Shown: positions 53,308 to 64,000 of the stretch, one piece after another | Layout of the letters: the number at the start of each line of letters is the position of its first letter | Numbering within the stretch: position 1 is the stretch's first letter | DNA from: Chiloscyllium plagiosum | Taxonomy: Eukaryota | Length of the DNA: 64,000 nt | Direction of reading: 5' to 3' | Assembly (NCBI RefSeq): GCF_004010195.1 | Contig: NC_057716.1 | Location: forward strand, 19,437,396 to 19,501,395 | The notes under the pieces: model-generated | Seen by the model: the letters and a program-made list of their open reading frames with translations, nothing else | Databases searched by the model: none | Told to the model about the DNA's origin: nothing | Program-made: the position numbers and the translations under genes

Positions 53308-54920
53308 GTAAAATCAATCTCTGTGTAATGGGATGGGAGTATGAATTGCCTGTGATGGAAGTTTGGCTTCTCCAGTTCTTGCTCCCCAGATTTAGCAGAC
53401 AACATTTGGTAACAACTGAATGAAGCAATTTTTTGGCTTTAATCCATGACAGGGTGTAATAAATAACACCTCATAAATCAGCATTGTAGCAAATCTTATT
53501 CCCCAGGCTATGGTACTAAAATGACCTTTTATGTTTTGGCATCTCAATGTCACCTTGTGTCAGCGGTGGGGCCTAAAATGTTATTAATGTTTTTGTTTGA
53601 TGGAGCATGGGACCAATTTGAGGGTCAGTCATTTCGTGGGAGCAGAAATTGGCCATTCAGCCCTTTGAACTTTTTCTACCATTCATTTAAACCATGGCTG
53701 ATCTGTGTCTTAATACTTTCGACCTGCCTTAGTTCCTTATTCTTTATTTCTCTTGGTGAAGTTGATTCCCAGCTTTAAAAGCCATTTTGGAAAATGCATT
53801 CCAGGTTTCTGCTACCCTTCATGTCAAGACGTGCTTCCCCTGAACACCCTGGCTCTAGTTTTAACGTTTTTCCCCATTGCTCTGGATTTTCCCACCAAAG
53901 GAAATATCTTCTGTTTCTGTCTGTACTGTATTAACTCACAGAAATGTGGAAACTCAAGGCAGCAGTAGGCCATTCAGTCCTTCAATCCTGCATCTGCCGT
54001 TCAGTATACTCATGGATGCTTCTCTATCTGAATGCAATTTTCCTGCTTTCTCCTCATATGCCTCGATGTCTTTAAAATCTTTTCAAAATTCTCTTGAATA
54101 TATTCAGTGACTTGGCCTCCGCAACTCTGTGTGGTAGTGAATTCCACAGGTTCACCACTGTTTGCACCCTCATCTCAGTCTTAAATGATCTGTCCTGAGA
54201 CTTAGTCCCCCAGTACTAGGTTCCCCATAATGGGAAATCATCTTCCCTGCATCTCGTCTATCTAGTGTTTTAGAATTTTATCCAAATTTCACGTTTCAAT
54301 TATCTAAGTTTCAATCAAATCCCATTTCTCCCTTTAAAAAGTTTAGTGATTCCAGGCCCAGTAAATCCAATCTCTCCATATGGGACAGACCTACCATCCC
54401 TTATATCAGATGGGTGAACCTCTGCTGCACTTTCTCTATGACAAGTATATCTTTCCGGAGGTAGGAAGATCAAAACTGCATGCAGTACTCCCGGGTGTGG
54501 TCTCACTAAGGCCCTGCTATAAGACACCTGTACTTCTGAACTTAACTCTGCTTGCAGTGTAGGCTAATCTACCATTTGCCTTTGTATTTGCTTGCTGTAC
54601 CTGTCTGTTTACTTTCATTGACTGGTATACGAGGAGAATCAGATCCCTTTGTATATCCACATTTCCCAACATATCATTTAAATAATATTCTTCCTTTCTA
54701 CTTTACACACTGAAATGTATAACTTCACATTTAGCTACATTATACTGCAAATTTATAGCTATATATTGTGAATAGTTGGAACTTAAGTACTGATCCTTGA
54801 AATATCCTACTAGTCACTGCCTGTCACTCAGAAAAATAACCATTTATTCCCACTATCTGTTTCCCGTCTGTCAACCAATTTCTTGTTGTGGTTCTGTTCG
54901 CCGAGCTGGAAGTCTTTGTT

Positions 54921-54960
54921 GCAAACGTTTCGTCCCCTGGCTAGGCGACATCATCAGTGC
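54921..54960 (-). ncRNA. Minimal hammerhead ribozyme motif (inverted terminal repeat)
   Basis: Minus: GCA-CUGAUGA-U-GUCGCCU(AGCC)AGGGGAC-GAAAC-GUU^-UGC. Confidence 0.7.
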
Positions 54961-55085
54961 TTGGGAGCCTCCTGCGAAGCGCTTCTTTGATGTTTCCTCC
55001 GGTGTTTATAGTGGTCTCACAAACCAACAGCCATGCTCAGACAACAACTCACCAGAACGAAGGAACCGATACCCAACATGAGCAA

Positions 55086-55856
55086 NNNNNNNNNNNNNNN
55101 NNNNNNNNNNNNNNNNNNNNNNNNNNNNNNNNNNNNNNNNNNNNNNNNNNNNNNNNNNNNNNNNNNNNNNNNNNNNNNNNNNNNNNNNNNNNNNNNNNNN
55201 NNNNNNNNNNNNNNNNNNNNNNNNNNNNNNNNNNNNNNNNNNNNNNNNNNNNNNNNNNNNNNNNNNNNNNNNNNNNNNNNNNNNNNNNNNNNNNNNNNNN
55301 NNNNNNNNNNNNNNNNNNNNNNNNNNNNNNNNNNNNNNNNNNNNNNNNNNNNNNNNNNNNNNNNNNNNNNNNNNNNNNNNNNNNNNNNNNNNNNNNNNNN
55401 NNNNNNNNNNNNNNNNNNNNNNNNNNNNNNNNNNNNNNNNNNNNNNNNNNNNNNNNNNNNNNNNNNNNNNNNNNNNNNNNNNNNNNNNNNNNNNNNNNNN
55501 NNNNNNNNNNNNNNNNNNNNNNNNNNNNNNNNNNNNNNNNNNNNNNNNNNNNNNNNNNNNNNNNNNNNNNNNNNNNNNNNNNNNNNNNNNNNNNNNNNNN
55601 NNNNNNNNNNNNNNNNNNNNNNNNNNNNNNNNNNNNNNNNNNNNNNNNNNNNNNNNNNNNNNNNNNNNNNNNNNNNNNNNNNNNNNNNNNNNNNNNNNNN
55701 NNNNNNNNNNNNNNNNNNNNNNNNNNNNNNNNNNNNNNNNNNNNNNNNNNNNNNNNNNNNNNNNNNNNNNNNNNNNNNNNNNNNNNNNNNNNNNNNNNNN
55801 NNNNNNNNNNNNNNNNNNNNNNNNNNNNNNNNNNNNNNNNNNNNNNNNNNNNNNNN
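55086..55856. other. Assembly gap (771 N)
   Basis: Run of n. Confidence 1.
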
Positions 55857-56001
55857 AACTCCATCAACAAACACATCGACCTGGACCCAATATACCAACC
55901 ACTATAGCGGACAGCTGAAACTGACAACCAGAAGCGGCAGGGACAGACCACTATAAACACTGGAGGAAACATCAAAGAAGCGCTTCGCAGGAGGCTCTCA
56001 A

Positions 56002-56041
56002 GCACTGATGATGTCACCTAGCCAGGGGACGAAACGTTTGC
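56002..56041 (+). ncRNA. Minimal hammerhead ribozyme motif (3' terminal repeat)
   Basis: GCA-CUGAUGA-U-GUCACCU(AGCC)AGGGGAC-GAAAC-GUU^-UGC. Confidence 0.72.
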
Positions 56042-56634
56042 AACAAAAACTTCCAGCTCGGCGAACAGAACCACAACAACGAGCACCCGAGCTACAAATC
56101 TTCGCCCAAACTTTGAACCAATTTCTTGATCCTTGTCAATGTGTTACACCCTATCCCATCTGCTTTGATTTTGCCCACTAACCTCCTGAAAATCTAAATA
56201 CACTGGTTTTGATTCTCTTCAATTAATGGGATGTTATTTGTGCCATCTTTTGTGAAGACAGAAACAAAGAATGTGTTTAATTCTTCTGCCATTTCTTTGC
56301 TTTCCATTATCATTTCTCTGTCCTCTGACTGTAAGGAACCTACATCGTTCATTACTAATCTTTTTCTCTTCACATATTTATAGACGTTTTGCAGTCAATT
56401 TCTATGTTTCCTAAAATTTTAATCAGAAACTCTATTATCCCCTTCTTAAATAAACTACTCATCCTCTTTTACTTTAACTAAAATACTCCCAGTCCTCAAG
56501 TTTGTTGCTTTTTCTCACAGTTTTTGTGTCTCCTCAATGGATTTCATGCTATCCCTCATTTCTTTCATAAGCATTGTCTTTCTTCTATTTTTGAATGAAC
56601 GATTGTTGTAATTCAAAATTTTCTAATATTAGGA

Positions 56635-57320
56635 TTAAGTTTTATTGTCATTGTACTCAAGTACAGGAATACAGTGAAAAGTTTACAATGTCACCATTCA
56701 CGGCACCATCGTAGGTACCTAGGTACAAAATCTTAGGTAAAAAGTAGAAATGTAAAGATGTCAGTTAAAAGTTTAATATTGTAGTTCTTGTCAGTATAAG
56801 GTAGCCAATAAATAAAGTTAAAAGTCCTAAATTGCACTCTGGTTTCAGCCATGGGCCTGCAGTTGCTCCATGCTGGGCTTTCCCTACGAGGGCTCACTGT
56901 CTCAATCACCATGCTGCAATCTCTCTGTGCTGCAGTCTCGATGCTGTACACCATCCTCTCTCTCCCACATTTGGCTCAATCTCTCAATCCCTGTGCCTCC
57001 GCGCTGCCATCTCGATGCTGACTGCCAGGCTGCCAGAGTCCCGCTCTGGTGCTGCTCTGGGCCCCCAGCCATGTCTGCAACACCACCACCTGACAGAGTT
57101 CTGTCCGGGCACGCCAACCCACCTCGTGGCAGACCGCCAAAGTCCCCGCTCTGGGCCCCCCATCGCTACCACTGCCTCCATGACTGACCTCCCTCCAGAA
57201 GGTAAGTAGAGGAAGAAAAAATCTAAAAAAACTTACGAGAAAAACAAACAAGAAAATAAGAAAGAAAAGGAATTGAATAGATGAGCAGCAGCTCAGGAGC
57301 CCTACTGCACAGCCATCTTG
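56635..57320 (-). mobile_element. Non-autonomous LINE-tailed element
   Basis: Minus strand starts CAAGATGGCTG..GGGCTCCTGAGC, has a GC-rich body and ends AAACTTTTCACTGTA..GAGTACAATGACAATAAAA; homologous to 42115-42690. Confidence 0.55.
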
Positions 57321-58168
57321 GATTCATGCACATGTTCTTTACACATGAACCATTTCTTATAAATTGCCAATCCCTTTAGTAAAGTTCCTCAATCCACCCC
57401 TGCCCAATCTTGCCTGATACCCTCGTCATTCCCTTTAAGTATTTTCAGGAATCTTGTTTTGGATTTGACTACTTTATTCTCTATCTTAATGGAGTGATCA
57501 TAACATGATAATCAAATGTTATCATGTTATGATCGCTCTTCCGTAAAGGACCCCACACAACAAGATTGTTAATTAATTCTTTGTCACTGCATCGTACCTG
57601 GTCTGGAATAGCCTGTTCTCTGATTGGTTCATCAATGTTTTATCTAAAAATTCCATCATGTACACACTCCAGGAAACCCTCCTCCATGGTGCCATTGTGA
57701 CGCTTGTTTGTCCAATGTATATTTAATTAAAATCACCCATGATTATAGTTTACTGTTATTACATGCACCTCTGATTTCCTGTTTAAAGCCTTCCCTTGCA
57801 TCTCTATCAGTGTTTGTTAGCTAAACCCGTTAAATTCCTTTAATCATCTGAATCATTTTAGCTTGCTTATTCCTTAATCCTCAATACTTGAGGGAGTATC
57901 AGGCTAGTCAGTTCCAACCTGTACTTGGAATATGACCCTTTCTGCAATGGTATCAGTCTGGTGAATGTGTGAGGCATCTCTTCTAAGGCCATTATGTACA
58001 GTGCTTGGAACTGAACACAGAACTCTGACTAAGATTATGTACATCTGTAGCCTCTATGACGTGAACACCCACATTCCATTAATTTTGGAATTATTGCTTG
58101 GATTTAAGTCAATGCAATGCCTACACATTTAGGATAACTAACTGGCTGTCTTCACCTTTATAACACAG

Positions 58169-58274
58169 GCAGTTGTTGACGGACATCAGCGAAAATCTTT
58201 GTCAAGAAGATTTGCAATCTATTTTGTTTTTATTACGTTGCCAAGTACCAAAAGGCCACCAGGAAGCAATGAAG
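58169..58274 (+). CDS. CFLAR: CFLAR coding exon 2 (106 nt), start of DED2
   Basis: acacAG|G CAG...ATGAAG|GTaatt; QLLTDISENLCQEDLQSILFLLRCQVPKGHQEAMK; phase 2->0. Confidence 0.92.
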
Positions 58275-60242
58275 GTAATTACAATATGTTAACCCTACAT
58301 TGTGTTTTGGGCTCAAGTCCATTGATTATGGATGCAGCCTGCAGGGAGGTTAATCTGGTGTATGTCAGCTCCACTATTGGAGCCAAATGATGTAAACTGC
58401 AGCTTCCTTTCATTAACAAAACTGATGGATTTTTTTAAAAATTCCATAATCACAGGACAAGGGAGTGCATCTCAGGAGCACTTTAACACCATTCCAAGTG
58501 GGGTCCCAGATGACCACAATCGTAGTTACTGGATAGATGAGTACTGTAGGCATTTTGGTGCACAGTAAAAGAATGTATTGCAATAAGTGGTTGTGTAGTC
58601 TGCATCACAGAAAGCTTTTGTTTTATTGACTAGCTTCCTAGATGGCAGTGTTTGAAAAATCTTTGAAAAGGTATATACACAACATTCACCATGTTGTTAT
58701 TTTCTATGTATCCCTCACTTTGCTAACTTTATATCCTAGAATTAGATCCAGCATTTGCTTCCCCATTTGTTCGATTAAAAATATCTTGATCAAGTGAGCT
58801 ACCTGAGCACAATTCCTTTTTTACAGTCCTTCAAACTTTCGCAGTCTCTTTTTTTCCCTTCAAACTAGTTTCTAAAATTAATATTGTAAGGATCTGGGCA
58901 TCGCTGTCTTTTCATTGCCTATCATTAATTGCCCTCGAGAAGGTGATGGTGAGCTGCTTTCTTGACTTGCTCTAGTGCCAATGGAGCGCATATAGGGAGG
59001 GAATTCCAGGATTTTGATTCAGTGACAGTGAAGGAACAGCAATATAGTTCCAAGTCAAGATGTTATGTGACCTTGTGGGAACGTGCAGGTGGTGGTGTTC
59101 CCGTATTCCTGTTGTCCTTGTTCTTCCAGCAGGTGAAGATCAGAGGTTTGCAAAGGTGCTGTCAAAGGAGCCTTGTTGGGTTGCTGTAATACATCTTGTA
59201 GATGGTGCACATTGCTCTCAATGAGTGTTGGACTGATTGTTTAAGGTGGGGTGCTAAACAAATGGGCTGCTTTGTCTTGAATTATGCATTGTAGGGATTC
59301 TATGGTGCAGGCATATGGTTTGAACAAAATGTTGAAACAAAGTTATTTATTACATGGAAGGTACAGCACAGAAATAAGTTATTCGGCTCAACAGCTCCAT
59401 CCTAGTGTCTTTGCTTCATGTGTGTTTCCTCCCACCTTACTTCATTCTTGTCCTATCAGCATAATCCTCTCTTCCTTTCACTTTCATGTACATATCAAGC
59501 TTCCTCTTAAATGTGTCTACAGGTCATTCTGCTATAACACGTTTTGTTCACACATGTTTGCTGTAATGCCATTGACGAATCAGGGACACTTTTTAAAGCA
59601 CAGACTTTTAAGACGTGTCTTGGCTGTAATGCGATTACATTGCCAACACTTTAAGTACTGTTTCTAAAGCGTGATTTTTCTATAATGTGGGATAGCACAA
59701 GAATGCAACCGTGGAGTTATAGAAGAATGACCTGTATACTATTTACCACAATAGTGGGAATCAGACTGTTCAAAAGAACATAAGGAAGACTGACTTTCTA
59801 CAACAAATCCACTTTTTCATCCTGTTCTTATATCCCTTAATTCCTTTAATGCCCAAAAATCTATCAGTCCCAATATTGAACATATTCATTGACTGAGCAT
59901 CCATGACTCTCTGGGGAAGAGAATTCCAAGAAAAATGCCAATCCTCAGAGTAAAAAAGCCTCTCATTTCAGATCTAAATGGTTTGCTTCGTATCTGAGAC
60001 TGTGATATTCTCTTAGTTCCTACCTTGTAAGTCCATCTCAGAATTCTAATTGTTTCAATTAATTCCTCTGAACTCAAGAGAGTTTAGGCCTATTCTATTT
60101 AACTTCTCCTAATTATTTAACCTCTCCTACCAGGACTGCCCTCTCCTATCACAATTGAGTTATGCTTTTGAGCAGATTTCCTTCTGTCCTTCAGCCAGAT
60201 TGGGATCTGTTACTGAGCTAACAAAGACTTTTTATCTGTTAG

Positions 60243-60378
60243 ACCTTCCTAGATTTAATTGTCGAACTGGAGAAACTTGGCAAGATTGATGCAAATAATT
60301 TGGAATTGGTGGAAGATTGTCTAAAGAACATTGGGAGAATGGATCTGAGAAAGAGGGTCTCTCAATACAAACAAATGA
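60243..60378 (+). CDS. CFLAR: CFLAR coding exon 3 (136 nt), DED2
   Basis: tgttAG|ACC...ATGA|GTgagt; TFLDLIVELEKLGKIDANNLELVEDCLKNIGRMDLRKRVSQYKQM, cf. human SFLDLVVELEKL..CLKNIHRIDL..YKQ. Confidence 0.95.
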
Positions 60379-61781
60379 GTGAGTATAAATAAGCAAAGGG
60401 GATTGGGTAGACAATGTAGAAATGCACACAGGAGGGAGATTCAAGTTATAATGGTTAGATGGAGTTAAAGTTTATTGCTGGTATTATAAAGGTTAAAGTA
60501 GTTATAGTTCATTTCAGGGGTTGGATTACTTAATCAGAGTTACAGTTCACTCCAGGAGTAGCTGATAAATCTAATTTGAAGTTTTAAGACGATAAAGCGG
60601 TGGATGAGAAAATATCAATGGATATTATTTCTAGAAGCCATGCAATAACACTTTTCAGAAGATGCTGCTGCTCGAAGGTGAAGCTGGTGGAGTTGCTGGT
60701 GAATCATTGATCTGATTAGGAGAGACAGAGATTAGGGATAACGGAACTATGAGTCCCGGTATCCTGTAAGAAACTTTATCCGATCTTTGTGCTAGGACTT
60801 CAACTAATCATCATATTTATTACACAAGCGTCAAAAAACTACAAGGAGAAATTGATTGCTTACGTGAAACATCAAATAGATTTAAATGTACACAAATGCA
60901 AGGGCAACCACAATGGATCTAAAATGGATAGAACAAGGTGCTATCTAAATAAAAAGCTAGAAATGGTGAAGATCCAAACAGACTGTTGGTGTGGGTGCCG
61001 GGGGGAAGTAAAGGATGTGATTCCTGTATACACACCATTAAAATGCCCTGAACAGGTATGTAAAATAATCAAAGCCTAATGGAATGCTTCCCTTTCTATC
61101 TGAAGGACTAAAATACAAGGAAGTAGCAGATAAGCTTCAGCCAAGCAGAGTCCAGGTTAGATTGCACTTCAAATTACCCTGAGGATTTCTGGGCACCGCA
61201 CCTTAGGAAGGATAGATTGATCCTGAAGGATGGGTAGTGTACTTTTAACAGAATGATACCTGGCCTCCAAAGGATAAATTCTGAGCATACGTTACACAAA
61301 CTGGGATTATATTTCTGGAACTTGAAAGGTTTCCGTGTCATTTAAGTGACATTTTCGAGGTATTAAAAGAACAGATGGAGGAGATAGCTCTATTGGGTCT
61401 TGGACAAGAAGCATAATTAAAACCTAAGAGCCAAATCTGTGAAATTAAGAATTATGAGAGGTTTAGAACTCCTTTTTTTTTGCAAATATCAGTTGAATCA
61501 AAGTCTCGTTAACAAACTTTTATGAATCATCTTCGGTTTAAAGTTAAAGTTTTTTAATGGAATGGAATAAAGATGGGGGAGGGGCATGCAGAGTTAGATT
61601 GTAGGTTGTTGAGGGCTCACTGAATGGTAGAACAGGTTTAGGGGACTAAATTACTTCCCCCATATCTCTAGTTAGATTGGTTAGAGAGGTGCAGATTATT
61701 GCAGATTGTTAACAGGTATTTTGAGGTAATTATGGTATTAATAAGGTAACTTTTATATTGTCTGTCTCTTCTGATTCACAG

Positions 61782-61891
61782 CTCTAGGAGCTCATTCCAT
61801 GCAAAATTCCAATGCATATCGGAATGTTATCCCAATCACTGTTCCCTTTCAAGAGCAGGGTTCTGGCCATGCGCAGTTTGAACAGAGTCGG
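61782..61891 (+). CDS. CFLAR: CFLAR coding exon 4 (110 nt), post-DED linker
   Basis: tcacAG|CT...AGTCGG|GTaggt; (T)LGAHSMQNSNAYRNVIPITVPFQEQGSGHAQFEQSR. YRNV matches human SYRNVL; phase 1->0. Confidence 0.85.
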
Positions 61892-62189
61892 GTAGGTATT
61901 TCTAACAGTTATGAATAGTGATCAATCAGCAGAGCTTTAGAAATGTTCTTAAATAAATGATCACCTTTACAGCCTCCCAGCGGTGTCCTTGTACTCCTTT
62001 ATTGTATATCACATCTTGCCCTACCTTCCATAATTGAGAAGATATTTTATATCAGAACCAGCACTCTCAAACTCGTATCTGAGCTGTTCATGTTCTGTGT
62101 GGTTAACCAGGGAGTTTTTTTATGTGTGTCTATGTGTGTGGGGTCAGTGGGGTGGGGAGGAAAGACATAGGTGGTAGTGGTCAGGGAGG

Positions 62190-62575
62190 TGCAGGTGCTT
62201 ACAGTGCATAGGGACTGCACATATTCAGCGGGAGTTGTTTACCATGCAGGGTAGGGTCAGCCCAGATGCAAACAACCTGGAGCCCCATGTGTGTGCAAGC
62301 ATATGCCCACATTGACCCCACATGTACCTGCAAACATACATACACCCCACCGACGTGTGCACCCATATACCTACAATGCTGCTGACCGTACTCCCTACGG
62401 ACATACATCTACAACCCTTATGTATAGCCCTGCTGATCCTGTGCATTTGCTTGGTCACCCTTCCATTGCCGACCTTACATTTGTATTTGCACCCAAATGC
62501 CCTTGTTAACTCATTGTGTGCACGCATGCATACACCATCCCTGTCCTGTACCACACTCCATACATGCTGACCCTA
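62190..62575. repeat. Degenerate CA/TG-rich low-complexity tract
   Basis: CACA/TGCA/CATG-rich sequence producing stacked spurious ORFs. Confidence 0.6.
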
Positions 62576-63948
62576 CACCTCCTTCCCTAGATAGAAGGTC
62601 TAAAACTGCTCACAATATTCCAAATGCGGTTTGTCCAGAGCCTCATACAGCCTCAGAAGTGCATCCCTGCTCTTATATTCTAGCACTCTCAAAATGAATG
62701 CTAACCTTGCCTTCCTAACTGCCAACTAAACCTGCATTTTAACCTTACGAGATTCCCAAACTAGGACATCTAAATCCTTTTGTGCTTCAGATTTCCGAAG
62801 CCCTTCCCTGTGTAGAAAATAATCTATGCTCTATTCTTCCTATCAAAGTGCATAATCTCACATTTTCCCAATTGTATTCTGTCTGCCACTTCTTTTCCCC
62901 CACTCCCCTAGCCTGTCCAAGTCCTTCGGCAGCCTCCCTCCTCCTTCAACACTACCTGTCCCTCTCCCAATCAATGTATCATCCGCACACCTGGCAACAA
63001 TATCCTCAGTTCCTTCATCCAGGACAAACTATGAAGGTTGTGAAGCTGGAATATATTGCATGATAGACCGGACAAGGCCATGAAGAGCTTAAAAAAACCA
63101 GGACGGGAATTTTAAAATCAAGAAGTGAATGTTGTTCAGCGAGCACAAGGATGATGGGGAACAGGACTTAGTGTGAGTTAAGATATGGGAAGCAGATTTT
63201 TGGCTATTCTTAGGTTTATGGAAGGCTGGTGTTGGGAGCCATGCCAGGAGTGTGTTGGAGTAATCAAGTCATGAAAAGAGTTCATATTACCCTAAGAAGA
63301 GGAGGTGCTGGAGGTCTTAAAATGTATAAAGGTTAAGACCTGAGCAGGTGTGGGAAGCAAGGGAAGTGATTGCTGGTAACCTTGCTGAGATATTTGTATC
63401 ATCAATGACTGAAGGGTCTGTTTCCATGCTTTGTGACTCTATCAGGTTCAGTACTGTTGAAGTCAGACATCTGGCTGGTCTCCTACCTCCAACTTTCCTT
63501 AAATTTCAGAGTGTCAGCCAAAACCCTGCTCCCCATATTTTAACTGTCAGTACGTCCTCCTCCCCCAGCACTCTCGTACTGAAATCCTGTTACCACAACG
63601 GCCAACATACTCCTTTGTCCTTCTCGTTGCTTGCTGTGCTTGTTTGCCAGCTTTCAGTGCTTTCAATGACACAGGTCCCCTTTGGAGATCAACACCTGCC
63701 AATCTCTCACAATTTAGACACGTGCTGCATCTTTGTTCTTCCTGCCAAAGTGAACGACCTCACATTTATCCAGAACAGCTGTTCCTCTTGGTTGAAGGGT
63801 TAATCATGAGAGGGCATAGTTTTAAGGTAAGGGGCAGGGTATTTAGAGGGAATTTGGGGGAAAAAACTTTTCCATTCAATGGGTTTATGTGTGGTTTTCT
63901 GGTTTTATTTGAAACTTTATGTTCCTGTTATTCTCACCCAACTTTCAG

Positions 63949-63991
63949 CAGGTGAGCAGTTGGATGCCAGCATTTGGAAGCTGTAACACTA
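63949..63991 (+). CDS. CFLAR: Candidate CFLAR coding exon 5 (43 nt)
   Basis: Pyrimidine-rich tract ..ctttcAG|CAG GTG AGC..ACT A|GTgagt; open frame QVSSWMPAFGSCNT; phase 0->1 is compatible with the previous exon; no recognisable homology. Confidence 0.5.
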
Positions 63992-64000
63992 GTGAGTTAT

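Larger units (their letters stand above)
54883..56118 (+). mobile_element. 5'-truncated Penelope-like element with inverted partial terminal repeat; spans the assembly gap
   Basis: 54883-55017 is the reverse complement of ~55946-56079. Coding remnants 'HKPTAMLRQQLTRTKEPIPNMS' (linker before GIY-YIG) and 'NSINKHIDLDPIYQPL*'. Flanking duplication AACCAATTTCTTG. Confidence 0.88.
53930..57830 (-). mobile_element. Long decayed CR1 LINE interrupted by a PLE and another insertion
   Basis: Minus frame 'YSRALVRPH..'; CR1-type 3' end at ~53940; sequence resumes after 56118. Confidence 0.6.

Noticed and set aside
54957-56017. Four ~300-aa ORFs in the ORF track
   Set aside because: They consist almost entirely of X across the N gap; only the short PLE-like flanks are informative.
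53006-61891. Caspase-8 or caspase-10 as the identity of the DED gene
   Set aside because: ELLYRIKRFD, FLDLIVELEKL, CLKNI and YRNV motifs and adjacency to NDUFB3 fit CFLAR. The pseudo-caspase domain is outside the window, so loss of the catalytic site is not directly seen.

Overview
Repeat-rich vertebrate genomic DNA, almost certainly a shark: it carries HE1/V-SINEs, Deu-domain SINEs and CR1 LINEs. It is the conserved HYCC2(FAM126B)-NDUFB3-CFLAR block. HYCC2 is on the minus strand, with six coding exons at 17342->2089 continuing beyond the window start and a probable non-coding exon 1 at about 33.4-33.6 kb. NDUFB3 is complete on the plus strand (2 coding exons, 89 aa). The 5' half of CFLAR/c-FLIP is on the plus strand, with a promoter near 47.8 kb and four well-supported plus one candidate coding exon. 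Introns hold a decayed L1 with three nested insertions, many CR1/L2/RTE/Tx1 fragments, SINEs, and Penelope-like elements (PLEs); one PLE spans a 771-N assembly gap. Most notable: minimal hammerhead ribozyme cores in PLE termini and in short palindromic elements; two independent PLE insertions sharing an AC-N7-TTG target duplication; a possible c-FLIP(R)-like short isoform from intron read-through with a nearby AATAAA; a triple IRF element at the CFLAR 5' end; and an unusually homogeneous inverted SINE pair in a HYCC2 intron. Gene and repeat family calls come from recalled homologues, not database searches, and repeat boundaries are approximate.
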